This document shows, piece after piece, positions 7,161-17,492 of a stretch of DNA of 17,492 bases. The notes beneath the pieces were generated by a model, which saw only the letters and a program-made list of their open reading frames with translations, made no database searches and had not been told where the DNA came from. The translations under genes were made by a program, and so were the position numbers. The stretch comes from Pedosphaera sp. GTDB lineage: Bacteria; Verrucomicrobiota; Verrucomicrobiia; Limisphaerales; SIBH01. How positions within the stretch are numbered: position 1 is the stretch's first letter; each line of letters opens with the position of its first letter. Location of the stretch: NCBI GenBank assembly GCA_031414955.1, contig JANOQV010000191.1:1-17492 (forward strand). The letters run 5' to 3'.

Positions 7161-7921
7161 ACAAGCAACAAGCGCGGGAAATTTTGTCCGTGTACCGGCC
7201 CGGCACGGAGGATGAACATGACCCGATCTTCGCCGAGGCCCTGGCGCTCGCGCGCACGGATCGAGAACTCAAGCCGTGGTTTGCAGAGTCCACGGCCTTT
7301 GATGGCAACGTCCGGGCCGCACTCGCACAGGTGGATGCGCCCATCGACTTGCGCGACCTCATTCTGGCCGGGCATCAGATCATCCGCCCCACACCGTGGT
7401 GGAACTACCGGCTTTCCGGCGGGCAACTCGCCGCAGCGGCGGCCGTCATCCTGATGGCGGCGCTCGCGGGGCTTTGGTTCAACCACCGGCCGCCGGGCTT
7501 CGCCGAGTTTCGCCGGGAGATTGCCGATTCGTCCTGGGGGCCTTCGCCGCACGTCGAAATGCCGGCGGCGAGCCTGGGCGAAGTAAAGCGATTGCTGGCG
7601 GCGCAGCAGGTGTCCACCAACTTCAACATCCCGCCGGCCCTGGCGGCTTCCGAGATCGGCGGGTGCAGTGTGCTGCGGTGGCGCGGTCATGAAGTGCCAG
7701 TGATATGTTTTCACTCCGACAAACTGCATCTGCACCTCGTAGTGGTGGATCGTAAACTTTTTCCTGACGCGCCGGCCGTCATGCCCCAGACCGATCATTG
7801 GGCCTCGTGGCGCACCGCGAGTTGGACCCAGGACGAACACGCTTACGTGCTGACGGGACTGAAGACGATTTCCTTCGTGAAGAAGTTCCGCAAGGCGGGA
7901 CGCTGGGATTGGGAAGGGTGA
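7157..7921 (+). CDS. Putative single-pass membrane anti-sigma factor
   Basis: ATGA overlap with the sigma stop codon; ~90-aa cytoplasmic N-domain, one TM segment (LAAAAAVILMAALAGLWF), and a C-terminal domain ending ASWTQDEHAYVLTG. Function inferred from topology and position. Confidence 0.75.
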   Translation: MNKQQAREILSVYRPGTEDEHDPIFAEALALARTDRELKPWFAESTAFDGNVRAALAQVDAPIDLRDLILAGHQIIRPTPWWNYRLSGGQLAAAAAVILMAALAGLWFNHRPPGFAEFRREIADSSWGPSPHVEMPAASLGEVKRLLAAQQVSTNFNIPPALAASEIGGCSVLRWRGHEVPVICFHSDKLHLHLVVVDRKLFPDAPAVMPQTDHWASWRTASWTQDEHAYVLTGLKTISFVKKFRKAGRWDWEG

Positions 7922-7924
7922 AGG

Positions 7925-7948
7925 GCGGCGCGCGGGACCCGGCGCCGC
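7925..7948 (+). terminator. GC-rich hairpin just after the anti-sigma stop codon (possible terminator or pause site)
   Basis: GCGGCGC (7925-7931) pairs with GCGCCGC (7942-7948); no good U-tract follows. Confidence 0.25.
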
Positions 7949-8020
7949 AGTTCAAATGACGGCCCTGAGGGCCCTGTCCGCAAAATCTTGAAGCCCCACT
8001 CGCCGCCCAAAAAAATTGCT

Positions 8021-8049
8021 TTGCCACTGGCGCGCGAGTTCTGCACTTT
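8021..8049 (+). promoter_or_regulatory. Weak sigma70-like promoter candidate for hppA
   Basis: TTGCCA (8021-8026), 17-nt spacer, CACTTT (8044-8049), with an A-tract just upstream. Confidence 0.25.
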
Positions 8050-8061
8050 CCCTCCATTCCT

Positions 8062-10632
<2,571 letters not shown>

Positions 10633-10670
10633 CCTTCGGGGTGAAGTATCGGGCTAGGAGGCCGCCGCGC

Positions 10671-11960
10671 TCAAACCCGGATGAAGCGCCGCGTTTTCCC
10701 TTCCGGTCTCGGCAACGTGCCCGCCGGCAGCACTCCCACCGGGATGCGCAGGCGGAATGCGCGCTCAAACTCAGTCTGCAGTTGTTGAACCACTGCCTCT
10801 GGATCAGCCGTCGGCGACGTCTCCACATCCACTTCGATTTCAGGCAGCGTCAGGGTCGTCACCAGCCGGACCCGGAACTCCGTCACCATCCCGCAGCCGC
10901 CGATGATTTGCTCCAGCGCGCTGGGATAAATGTTCACGCCGCGCACGATGATCATGTCGTCGGTGCGGCCGAGGATGCCGCCGTCCAGGCCGAGATCGTG
11001 CCGGCCGCACTCGCAACTGCCGCTCGGGGACGGCTGCACCAGATCGCCCGTGCGGTAGCGGATGAGCGGCGAGCCCACGCGCCCGAGCGTGGTGAGGACC
11101 AGTTCGCCGAGGGCGTCGTGCCCGGCCGGTTGGCCGGTCTCGGGATTGATGATCTCGGCGATGTAGCTGGTTTCGATGACGTGGAGGCGTCCCGGGTGGG
11201 CGGGACACTCGAAGGTGACCGGGCCAACTTCCGTCATGCCGTGATGATCAGAGATTCGCGCACCAGGCCAGAGCTGTTCCAGCCGCGCCCGCGTCGCGGG
11301 GATGCTGCCGCCTGGCTCACCCGCGACAATGATCAGCTTCACCGGCGACTGCGCCATGTCGATTCCTTCCGCTGCGGCTACCTCCGCCAATCGCACCGCG
11401 TAGGTCGGCGTGCAACAAAGCACGTTGGCCTGATGATCGAAGATGGCGCGCAGCCGGGCCGCGCTGCTCAGTCCGCCGCCGGGCAGGCAGAGCACGCCGA
11501 CGCGGGCCGCCGATTCGAAGGCCGTCCAGAAGCCCAGGAATGGCCCAAAAGAAAACGGGAAGAAAACACGGTCGCCGCGCTTCACGCCCGCGGCTTGATG
11601 AACCAGTTCCCAGTTGCGCAACATCCACTCCCAGCTCTCCGGTGTGTCGAGCCAGCGGATCGGAGTGCCCGTGGTGCCGCTGGTCTGGCTCAGGCGCGTG
11701 TAGCGATCCAGTGGGAAGGTCAGGTTTGTGCCGTAGGGCGGATGGCTTTCCTGGTCCGCGATGATCTCGGCCTTGGTCGTAAAGGGAATCGAGTCGGTGA
11801 GATCGCCCAGATGCCGGACGTTGGAACTGGCGTGGGCGGCGTTGAACTTGGCGGTATAAAATGGATTGCGCCCCACCACGGTCGAGAGCAGCACGCGCAA
11901 CTGATCGAACTGGCTGGAGCCGATGGCCAGCCGTTTGGGGAACGTCGCGTTGGGTGGCAT
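10671..11960 (-). CDS. Phenylacetate--CoA ligase family (PaaK-like) AMP-dependent ligase
   Basis: PFTTKAE, QTSGTTGTP P-loop, AGEPG, HHGMTE, RYRTGD, GRTDDMIIVRGVNIYPS and a C-terminal GKTRR. Start MPPNATF at 11960 overlaps the upstream stop (TGATG); the longer ORF track extension overlaps the upstream gene. Confidence 0.9.
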   Translation of the reverse strand: MPPNATFPKRLAIGSSQFDQLRVLLSTVVGRNPFYTAKFNAAHASSNVRHLGDLTDSIPFTTKAEIIADQESHPPYGTNLTFPLDRYTRLSQTSGTTGTPIRWLDTPESWEWMLRNWELVHQAAGVKRGDRVFFPFSFGPFLGFWTAFESAARVGVLCLPGGGLSSAARLRAIFDHQANVLCCTPTYAVRLAEVAAAEGIDMAQSPVKLIIVAGEPGGSIPATRARLEQLWPGARISDHHGMTEVGPVTFECPAHPGRLHVIETSYIAEIINPETGQPAGHDALGELVLTTLGRVGSPLIRYRTGDLVQPSPSGSCECGRHDLGLDGGILGRTDDMIIVRGVNIYPSALEQIIGGCGMVTEFRVRLVTTLTLPEIEVDVETSPTADPEAVVQQLQTEFERAFRLRIPVGVLPAGTLPRPEGKTRRFIRV

Positions 11961-12496
11961 CAGCGCGCGGGCGAGTTCGTCCCCGGTGCTGCGACCGCGC
12001 CCTGGGGTTTCGCCGGGACCGGCGCGGGTTTGTAAAACGTAACCATGCAGCCGCCCACGGCCGCGAGCAGAATGCCGAGATAGAACTGCGGCTTGATCGA
12101 TCCCCACCCACCGGACGGCGGATGTTCAATCAACCCGTAAAAGGCATTCACCACCGGGGCTCCGGCGAAGACAATCGACATGACCACGGCGGGTGAGCCT
12201 TTGGCGCCGAAGGCCAGCAGCACGCCAAACGCGCCCACCGCTCCGACCACGCCGGCGATGAGCGACCACCACAGCCCCTTCTGCGGATAGTTCCAGAAGT
12301 CGAGCCGGCCACCCTGCATCTTGAGCAGCACGATGGGGCCGAGAATGGCCACCAAAAAGTAGGCCACGCCGACGTAGAGGAACGCCATGTAGCGGCCGTT
12401 GTCCTTGTCCGCCATGCCCATCTGCCCCTTGTGCAACATCACGCCATACACGCCCCACGAGACGACCGTGAGCAACGCAAACCAGAGCCAGTTCAT
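11960..12496 (-). CDS. Small polytopic membrane protein, EamA/DMT-like
   Basis: About 5 hydrophobic helices (WLWFALLTVVSWGVYG; SLIAGVVGAVGAFGVLLAF; VMSIVFAGAPVVNA; FYLGILLAAVGGCMV). Purine-rich GAAGGAAAAG precedes ATG 12496. Confidence 0.75.
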   Translation of the reverse strand: MNWLWFALLTVVSWGVYGVMLHKGQMGMADKDNGRYMAFLYVGVAYFLVAILGPIVLLKMQGGRLDFWNYPQKGLWWSLIAGVVGAVGAFGVLLAFGAKGSPAVVMSIVFAGAPVVNAFYGLIEHPPSGGWGSIKPQFYLGILLAAVGGCMVTFYKPAPVPAKPQGAVAAPGTNSPAR

Positions 12497-12525
12497 ATTC
12501 TTTTCCTTCACCACAATGGGGCACG

Positions 12526-12554
12526 ACGCTACCGGCCACTCTTTTTTACTTCAA
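12526..12554 (-). promoter_or_regulatory. Sigma70-like promoter candidate for the EamA-like/PaaK-like pair
   Basis: Minus strand reads TTGAAG-N17-TAGCGT, about 30 nt upstream of ATG 12496. Confidence 0.4.
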
Positions 12555-12598
12555 TGGGTTTGTCGCATCTCCTGTTCGAGAACCGGAGGCCAAATGGC

Positions 12599-12626
12599 TT
12601 GTCACGAAGTCCGATTGGGCTAGCTT
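12599..12626 (+). promoter_or_regulatory. Sigma70-like promoter candidate for the SDR gene
   Basis: TTGTCA (12599-12604), N16, TAGCTT (12621-12626), 16 nt before ATG 12643. Confidence 0.4.
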
Positions 12627-12642
12627 CGCCCCTCAACAAAAC

Positions 12643-13425
12643 ATGAGCACAAATCTCTCGAACCAATGGGTTCTGATCACCGGCGCCTCCAGCGGATTCG
12701 GCGAAGCGGCGGCGCTCGCTTTTGCCCGCGCGGGCGCGAAGCTGCTGCTCGGCGCGCGGCGCGTGGACCGGCTCGAAAAAGTGGCCGAAGCCGCCCGCAG
12801 GGCTGGCTCCCCGGCGGCGCACGTTCATGCGCTCGACGTCGCCTCGACGCCCAGCGTGAATGCCTTCGCGGATTTCACGCGCCAGCACACCGACAAACTG
12901 GACGTGCTGATCAACAATGCCGGCGGCGCGAAAGGCGCGGACAAGCTGGCCGACGCCAAGGACGAGGACTGGGAGTTCATGGTGCAGACCAACGTGCTCG
13001 GCGTGCTGCGGGTTACGCGCGCCATGCTGCCGCTGATGGTCAACAACCCGGGCAGTTCGATCATCAACATCGGATCGATTGCCGGGCGCACGGCCTATGA
13101 AGGCGGCACGGCTTATTGCGCGGCCAAGGCGGGCGAGTTGCAAATCACCCGCGCCCTGCGCCTGGAACTCTGCGGCACCGGCGTGCGCGTCTCGACCGTG
13201 GATCCCGGATTCGCCGAGACAGAATTTGCCCTGGTGCGGTTCAAGGGTGACGCCGCCAAGGCCAAGAAAGTTTACGAAGGCATGTATCCGCTCACGGCCG
13301 AGGACATCGGCGAGACGCTTCTCTGGGTGGCCAGCCGTCCGTCCCATGTGTGCATCGACGAGATGGTGATCAAGCCCACCGATCAAGCGCAGGTTTACAA
13401 GGTTTACCGCCGTCCGGCGACGTAA
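12643..13425 (+). CDS. Short-chain dehydrogenase/reductase, YdfG-like (probably NADP-dependent)
   Basis: TGASSGFG, ARR basic motif, INNAG, catalytic S...YCAAK, VDPGFAETEFALVRFKGD and PLTAEDI...SRPSHVCI match the YdfG subgroup. Confidence 0.92.
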   Translation: MSTNLSNQWVLITGASSGFGEAAALAFARAGAKLLLGARRVDRLEKVAEAARRAGSPAAHVHALDVASTPSVNAFADFTRQHTDKLDVLINNAGGAKGADKLADAKDEDWEFMVQTNVLGVLRVTRAMLPLMVNNPGSSIINIGSIAGRTAYEGGTAYCAAKAGELQITRALRLELCGTGVRVSTVDPGFAETEFALVRFKGDAAKAKKVYEGMYPLTAEDIGETLLWVASRPSHVCIDEMVIKPTDQAQVYKVYRRPAT

Positions 13426-13562
13426 CGGCGCGACCGTGAATCCGCGGATCAGGTCGAAGGGCCGCCACCGGCGCCCCGGGCCGGTCCCAAGTCGATTGCT
13501 CCCGTCAGCCGGCTGTTTATTTACTTCCCAAGCGCCAAGCGGGTGCGGCATTTTTCCCCATC

Positions 13563-14444
13563 ATGAACAGGAAACTTAGAACCTTGATGGTGTTATCCGT
13601 CGCCTTCTTCGCTCTCGGAGGGGCGAGCCGTCTCGCCGCGCAACTGGAGGGTGAGTATCAGGTGCAGCCTCTCTTCAGCCGCTACGCGCAAACCCAGCGG
13701 AACTGGGTGACCGTCAACACCACGGCCCGCGTCTTCAACAATGTCGATCTCCAGGAAGCGAACAGCTTCGACGGATGGGGCATAGACGCGGACGTCACCA
13801 TCCGCGTGCCCTACGTTGATCATCTCCAACTCCGGGTGTTCTGGCCCTTCTACACCGAGGGCAAGGCCGAGATCAGCGACCCGGCCCGCAAGGATTACGG
13901 CCAGAACATTCGCATCGACGGCCACGGCGGGGCGCTCGACTTCCCCAATGTCGAACTGGATTACCAGTTCCTCAGCGAATCGAACCACGGCTTCAATGCC
14001 TCCTTTCATGGCGGCCTGGGCGAAGCCCAGCGGGTCTTGGATACGACGGCGGCCGACCCGGACGTTTACAACCACGCCGGGCAGTACGCGCTGTTCGGTC
14101 TGCGCGGCGACTGGCATGTGAGTGAGGAACTACGCGTCGTGGCCAACCTGGGCGGGCGTTACTATTGGAAGTCGGATGACATCAACCCCGGCGGCAACTT
14201 CGACGAGTTCGGACTGGCCGACATTTCCGGCGCGGTGATTTACCACCCCTGGAAGGCACCGGTTTTCCCCGTGGCCGAGCTGGTCTATCAGGGTGACTTC
14301 AGCGCCTACAACTCGCTTCTCTTCGTCCCGGAGATCATCTGGGCCTCCTGCAAGAACTTCGAGTGCAAGGTCGGTGGAGTCTTCGGCCTGACGGGCGACG
14401 GCGAGAGCGTCGGCGGACGGATCCAGGGCACGCTGAGATTCTAA
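13563..14444 (+). CDS. Exported protein, putative outer-membrane beta-barrel of unknown function
   Basis: Signal-peptide-like N-terminus (MNRKLRTLMVLSVAFFALGGASRLAA), alternating aromatic/hydrophobic beta-strand pattern, C-terminal GRIQGTLRF ending in Phe. Confidence 0.7.
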   Translation: MNRKLRTLMVLSVAFFALGGASRLAAQLEGEYQVQPLFSRYAQTQRNWVTVNTTARVFNNVDLQEANSFDGWGIDADVTIRVPYVDHLQLRVFWPFYTEGKAEISDPARKDYGQNIRIDGHGGALDFPNVELDYQFLSESNHGFNASFHGGLGEAQRVLDTTAADPDVYNHAGQYALFGLRGDWHVSEELRVVANLGGRYYWKSDDINPGGNFDEFGLADISGAVIYHPWKAPVFPVAELVYQGDFSAYNSLLFVPEIIWASCKNFECKVGGVFGLTGDGESVGGRIQGTLRF

Positions 14445-15250
14445 TCCCCTGGCGCGGTCTGCCGGTAAACCGCCGCGTCGGCGGGATGCTTCTCGAAATG
14501 GCGGCGCTCAATGCGGTGCCATTTCTGTTTGGCCTCGGGCGTGAGCCGGTCGAGGCCGAGGTATTCCCGGAAGAACCGCACGCGATCCGCGCGCGTCCAC
14601 GGCAGGCCCGGTGAATTCAGCCGGCGCATGTCGCGGAAATTCCGATCCAGCCCAAAGGGCTGCCACTTGGTCTTCTCCAGGTCAATCACCCGGGCCTCGA
14701 CCTGGTCGGGCGCGTGGACCCGCAGGAAAACGTGCTTGGGATAAAAGCAGTTGTGCGACAACTGGTGCGAGTGAATCAGCCGGAGCATTTGCGCAGTGGC
14801 CCGGCCGATGGCGAGCCGGGTCGCGCGCGGCAGCGCCTTCCACTCCTGGGCGATTTCCTCCAGCGAACGGAAACCGGTCAACTCCTCGGTCAACAGGATG
14901 GCGCGCAAGTTTCCCTCGACGCGATGACAGGCGAAATAGAGCGGCGTGAGCGAAGGAATGTTCCGCTCGCGATAGCGCATGATGCTCTCGAACTCGCGCA
15001 CGAAAGTGGAAAGTCCGCGAATCGGATGCATGAAGGTGCGGGTGATGTGATTCTCCTGGCGCTTGAGAAAAACCGCCGTCTTGCCACCTCCAGGCAGATT
15101 TAATTCGCAGCGAGCCACGCCGCTCCAACCCCCGCGCCGCTGGTTCGGCTCCTCGAACCACTTGGCCTCGAGCTTCCAAAAATCATCGAACGTGCGCAGC
15201 CCGTTGAAAGCGAAGATGCCTTTCCATTCAGCGGCGGTGTAGTCGTTCAT
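14441..15250 (-). CDS. inaA: InaA-family lipopolysaccharide kinase (Kdo/WaaP superfamily)
   Basis: WFEEPNQRRGGWSGV, FLKRQENH, HPIRGLSTFVREF, AILLTEEL, HNCFYPKHVF and IDLEK are InaA-type motifs. The stop overlaps the convergent upstream gene by 4 bp. Confidence 0.88.
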   Translation of the reverse strand: MNDYTAAEWKGIFAFNGLRTFDDFWKLEAKWFEEPNQRRGGWSGVARCELNLPGGGKTAVFLKRQENHITRTFMHPIRGLSTFVREFESIMRYRERNIPSLTPLYFACHRVEGNLRAILLTEELTGFRSLEEIAQEWKALPRATRLAIGRATAQMLRLIHSHQLSHNCFYPKHVFLRVHAPDQVEARVIDLEKTKWQPFGLDRNFRDMRRLNSPGLPWTRADRVRFFREYLGLDRLTPEAKQKWHRIERRHFEKHPADAAVYRQTAPGD

Positions 15251-15275
15251 GATCGCGCGCCCGGTCCCGCTCCGG

Positions 15276-15932
15276 TTACTTCTGCAACACGTAGGCCGCC
15301 CACATGGAATAGAACTTCAGGAAATCGACGCGGCCCAGCACCTTCAGCCCGCACTGGGCGAATTCCCCTTCGATGACGCTCCGTGGAATCACGTATCGAT
15401 CCCCGCTCGGGCCTGGGACTCGCGGGCGACTCAGGCGCCGCAGGGCGCGGTAGTTTCCGTCGATCCACAGCGAAAGGACGATCGTCGAGGAACTCACCCG
15501 CTTGAACTCGCGCAGGATGGCAAGACGATCCTCGGACTTGGCTACGTGGTGCATCAGCCGGATGGAGAAGACGCACTCGACAAAATTGTCCGGCTTGGGG
15601 ATGGAAAACGCCGAGGCTTTGAACGCCTCGACCCGGCGGGTCAGTTCTGGCGGACGCGATTTCAAGCCGGTCTGGAACATCGCCTCGTTCAAATCGGCCG
15701 CGTAAATCTTTCGCCCCGGCTGCTCGGCCAGCATGGGCCAGAAACGTCCCGTGCCGGAAGGCAGATCCAACACCGTGGCCGGGTTCCCCGCGACCTCCAG
15801 CGCCCGGCGCGCCATGCCCAACTCGCGCCAAGTGTTCAGGCGACGCCAGAATCCGCTGCGGTGCTTGTCAAAATACCGCTGCGCATGCTTCTGGTCGTAC
15901 TTCTTTGAAAACTCGAGTTCCGAATCGGTCAT
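15276..15932 (-). CDS. Class I SAM-dependent methyltransferase (WarA/PA4379-like)
   Basis: Motif I VLDLPSGTGRF, AADLN, DNFVECVFSIRLMHH and LREFKRVS. Start MTDSELEFSKKYD at ATG 15932; the gene ends 25 bp before the InaA-type kinase start. Confidence 0.9.
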   Translation of the reverse strand: MTDSELEFSKKYDQKHAQRYFDKHRSGFWRRLNTWRELGMARRALEVAGNPATVLDLPSGTGRFWPMLAEQPGRKIYAADLNEAMFQTGLKSRPPELTRRVEAFKASAFSIPKPDNFVECVFSIRLMHHVAKSEDRLAILREFKRVSSSTIVLSLWIDGNYRALRRLSRPRVPGPSGDRYVIPRSVIEGEFAQCGLKVLGRVDFLKFYSMWAAYVLQK

Positions 15933-16263
15933 AGGTGAGCGCCTGGCGTTCGTGCAGGTCGCGGGGCGGAGCTTAATCAGGCGCCGCGCCGCCAGACGAG
16001 CGGAATTCTTGGGGCGGGCCGCGCTGTGATGCATCAGGCAGTTTCCACCTTGGGGAGTCGGGACGAGCCGTCCCCGATCCGACTGGTACCGACTCTATCG
16101 GGCTGTGGTGAAACCGTCCCCACTGCTCACGTTGGCACTTCCAGACGTGCCTTGATTCATACGTGTAGGTATAATTCGATTGCATTGCCCTGGATCGTCG
16201 TCGAATACTGCCGCGCGCTTTTCACCGACACCCGTCGCGGGTCGGTTCGCGCCGAACCGTCAT

Positions 16264-17492
16264 ATGAAATTGAAAACTTTGTTCGTGTTGGGGCTGGCTG
16301 CCGTTTCTTTTCACGCTCACGCTGCCGTCACCGGCTGGCTCACCTGGCGCGGGCCGTTGCAGAACTCCGTCTCGCTGGAGAAGGGGCTGCCGCAGAAGAT
16401 CGACGGCAAGGCCGCGCTCTGGACGGCGGATTTTCCCGGCCAGTCCACGCCGGTCATTGCGAACGGGCGGCTCTACATCAATGGCTTTCAGGGTGAAGGC
16501 CAGGACTTGCAGGAGTTCGTGCGCTGCTATGACGCCGAGACGGGCAAGCTGCTCTGGCAGCACAGCGAAAGTGATTTTCTCTCGGACACGATTTACCTGC
16601 GCTACGCCACGTCGTCGCCAACCATCGATCCGGAGACAGGGAATGTTTATGTGCAAGGCACGCAAGGTTTGCTCAGTTGCTTCACGGCGGATGGAAAACT
16701 GCTCTGGCAGCACTCGATGATGGAAGAGTTCGGGCGGCTTACTTTCCCGAATTCACGCACGGCCACGCCGGTCGTGGACAATGACCTCGTCATCACGCGC
16801 GGCATCACCAGCGCGTGGGGCGCGCACGGGGCGGCGGGGGATCGCTTCTATGCGTTCGACAAAAAGACGGGCGAACTCATCTGGTCGAGCGCGCCCGGCG
16901 GACGCCCGCAGGACAACACCTTCTCCAATCCGTATCTCGACTGGTGGAACGGCAAGCGCGTGCTTTACAGCGCGGGCGGCGACTCGACGATTCTTGCGAT
17001 CAATGCGCGCACGGGCGAGCCGCTCTGGCGGTTTTCGTTTGCCAAGGCGGGCGCAAAGGGCGGCATCAACGCGGCAGTGATCAAGCACGGCAACAACCTC
17101 ATCGCACTGCACGAGTCGGAGAACATTGACTCGTCGGAAATCGGGCGCATGGCGGCGTTCAAGATTCCGGCCAGCGTCACGCCGAGCAACGCTTTCACGC
17201 CGCAGGTGCTCGAGGCGAAGGATTTGGAAATCTGGCGCAACGGCGTCGGCTCGCTCGCGTCGTCGCCGGTGATGGTCGGCGACATTATTTATGAAATGAC
17301 GGGTACGGGCGACCTTGCGGCGGTGGATGCGAAGGATGGAAAAGTTCTCTGGAAGAAAAAGCTCGGCATCGAGCAGCGGCAGAGCACGCCGTTCTTCGCG
17401 GATGGTCTGCTCTATGTGGCGATGTTCACCTCGGCGGGCGACGCGGCCAAGGGTGGAGATGCGGAAGCCGGGAACACCTGCGATCTCTTCGT
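16264..17492 (+). CDS. Secreted PQQ-like (BamB-type) beta-propeller repeat protein, 3'-truncated
   Basis: My translation from ATG 16264 stays open to the window end: MKLKTLFVLGLAAVSFHAHA signal peptide, WLTWRGP, STPVIANGRLY, and repeated blades YDAETGKLLW, FDKKTGELIW, NARTGEPLW, DAKDGKVLW. Absent from the ORF track because no stop is in the window. Confidence 0.9.
   Translation, partial: MKLKTLFVLGLAAVSFHAHAAVTGWLTWRGPLQNSVSLEKGLPQKIDGKAALWTADFPGQSTPVIANGRLYINGFQGEGQDLQEFVRCYDAETGKLLWQHSESDFLSDTIYLRYATSSPTIDPETGNVYVQGTQGLLSCFTADGKLLWQHSMMEEFGRLTFPNSRTATPVVDNDLVITRGITSAWGAHGAAGDRFYAFDKKTGELIWSSAPGGRPQDNTFSNPYLDWWNGKRVLYSAGGDSTILAINARTGEPLWRFSFAKAGAKGGINAAVIKHGNNLIALHESENIDSSEIGRMAAFKIPASVTPSNAFTPQVLEAKDLEIWRNGVGSLASSPVMVGDIIYEMTGTGDLAAVDAKDGKVLWKKKLGIEQRQSTPFFADGLLYVAMFTSAGDAAKGGDAEAGNTCDLF

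Noticed and set aside
11961..12107. N-terminal extension of the PaaK-like ORF given in the ORF track
   Set aside because: It overlaps the upstream membrane-protein gene; the TGATG coupling at 11958-11962 gives a better start.
12529..13551. 340-aa minus-strand ORF
   Set aside because: Antisense shadow of the SDR gene.
16132..16150. TTGGCAC as a sigma54 -24 box
   Set aside because: No TTGC -12 element at the required spacing.
16152..16175. TTGATT...TATAAT as a complete sigma70 promoter
   Set aside because: The spacer is only 12 nt, so only the -10 hexamer is credible.
16026..17285. Short ORFs listed in the track at the right end
   Set aside because: Explained as off-frame or antisense overlaps of the beta-propeller gene starting at 16264.

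Overview
GC-rich bacterial chromosomal window; the gene set and repeat types suggest Verrucomicrobia or another PVC-group lineage (inference only). It holds about 15 protein genes, in order: a 5'-truncated uvrA; VanZ-family, MoxR AAA+ and PduO-type adenosyltransferase genes (minus strand); a membrane-anchored TPR protein; an ECF sigma / membrane anti-sigma pair; a divergent membrane-bound pyrophosphatase (hppA); a coupled EamA-like membrane protein + phenylacetate-CoA-ligase-family pair; a YdfG-like SDR; a putative outer-membrane beta-barrel; a methyltransferase + InaA-type LPS kinase pair resembling Pseudomonas warAB; and a 3'-truncated secreted PQQ-like beta-propeller protein missing from the ORF track. 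I saw no rRNA, tRNA, CRISPR array or transposase. The most unusual signal is two related REP/REPIN-like palindromic DNA elements sitting in frame inside uvrA, one with perfect 25-bp arms spanning exactly 117 bp. Both are translated as extra protein loops. A second, nonamer-based inverted repeat lies between moxR and vanZ.
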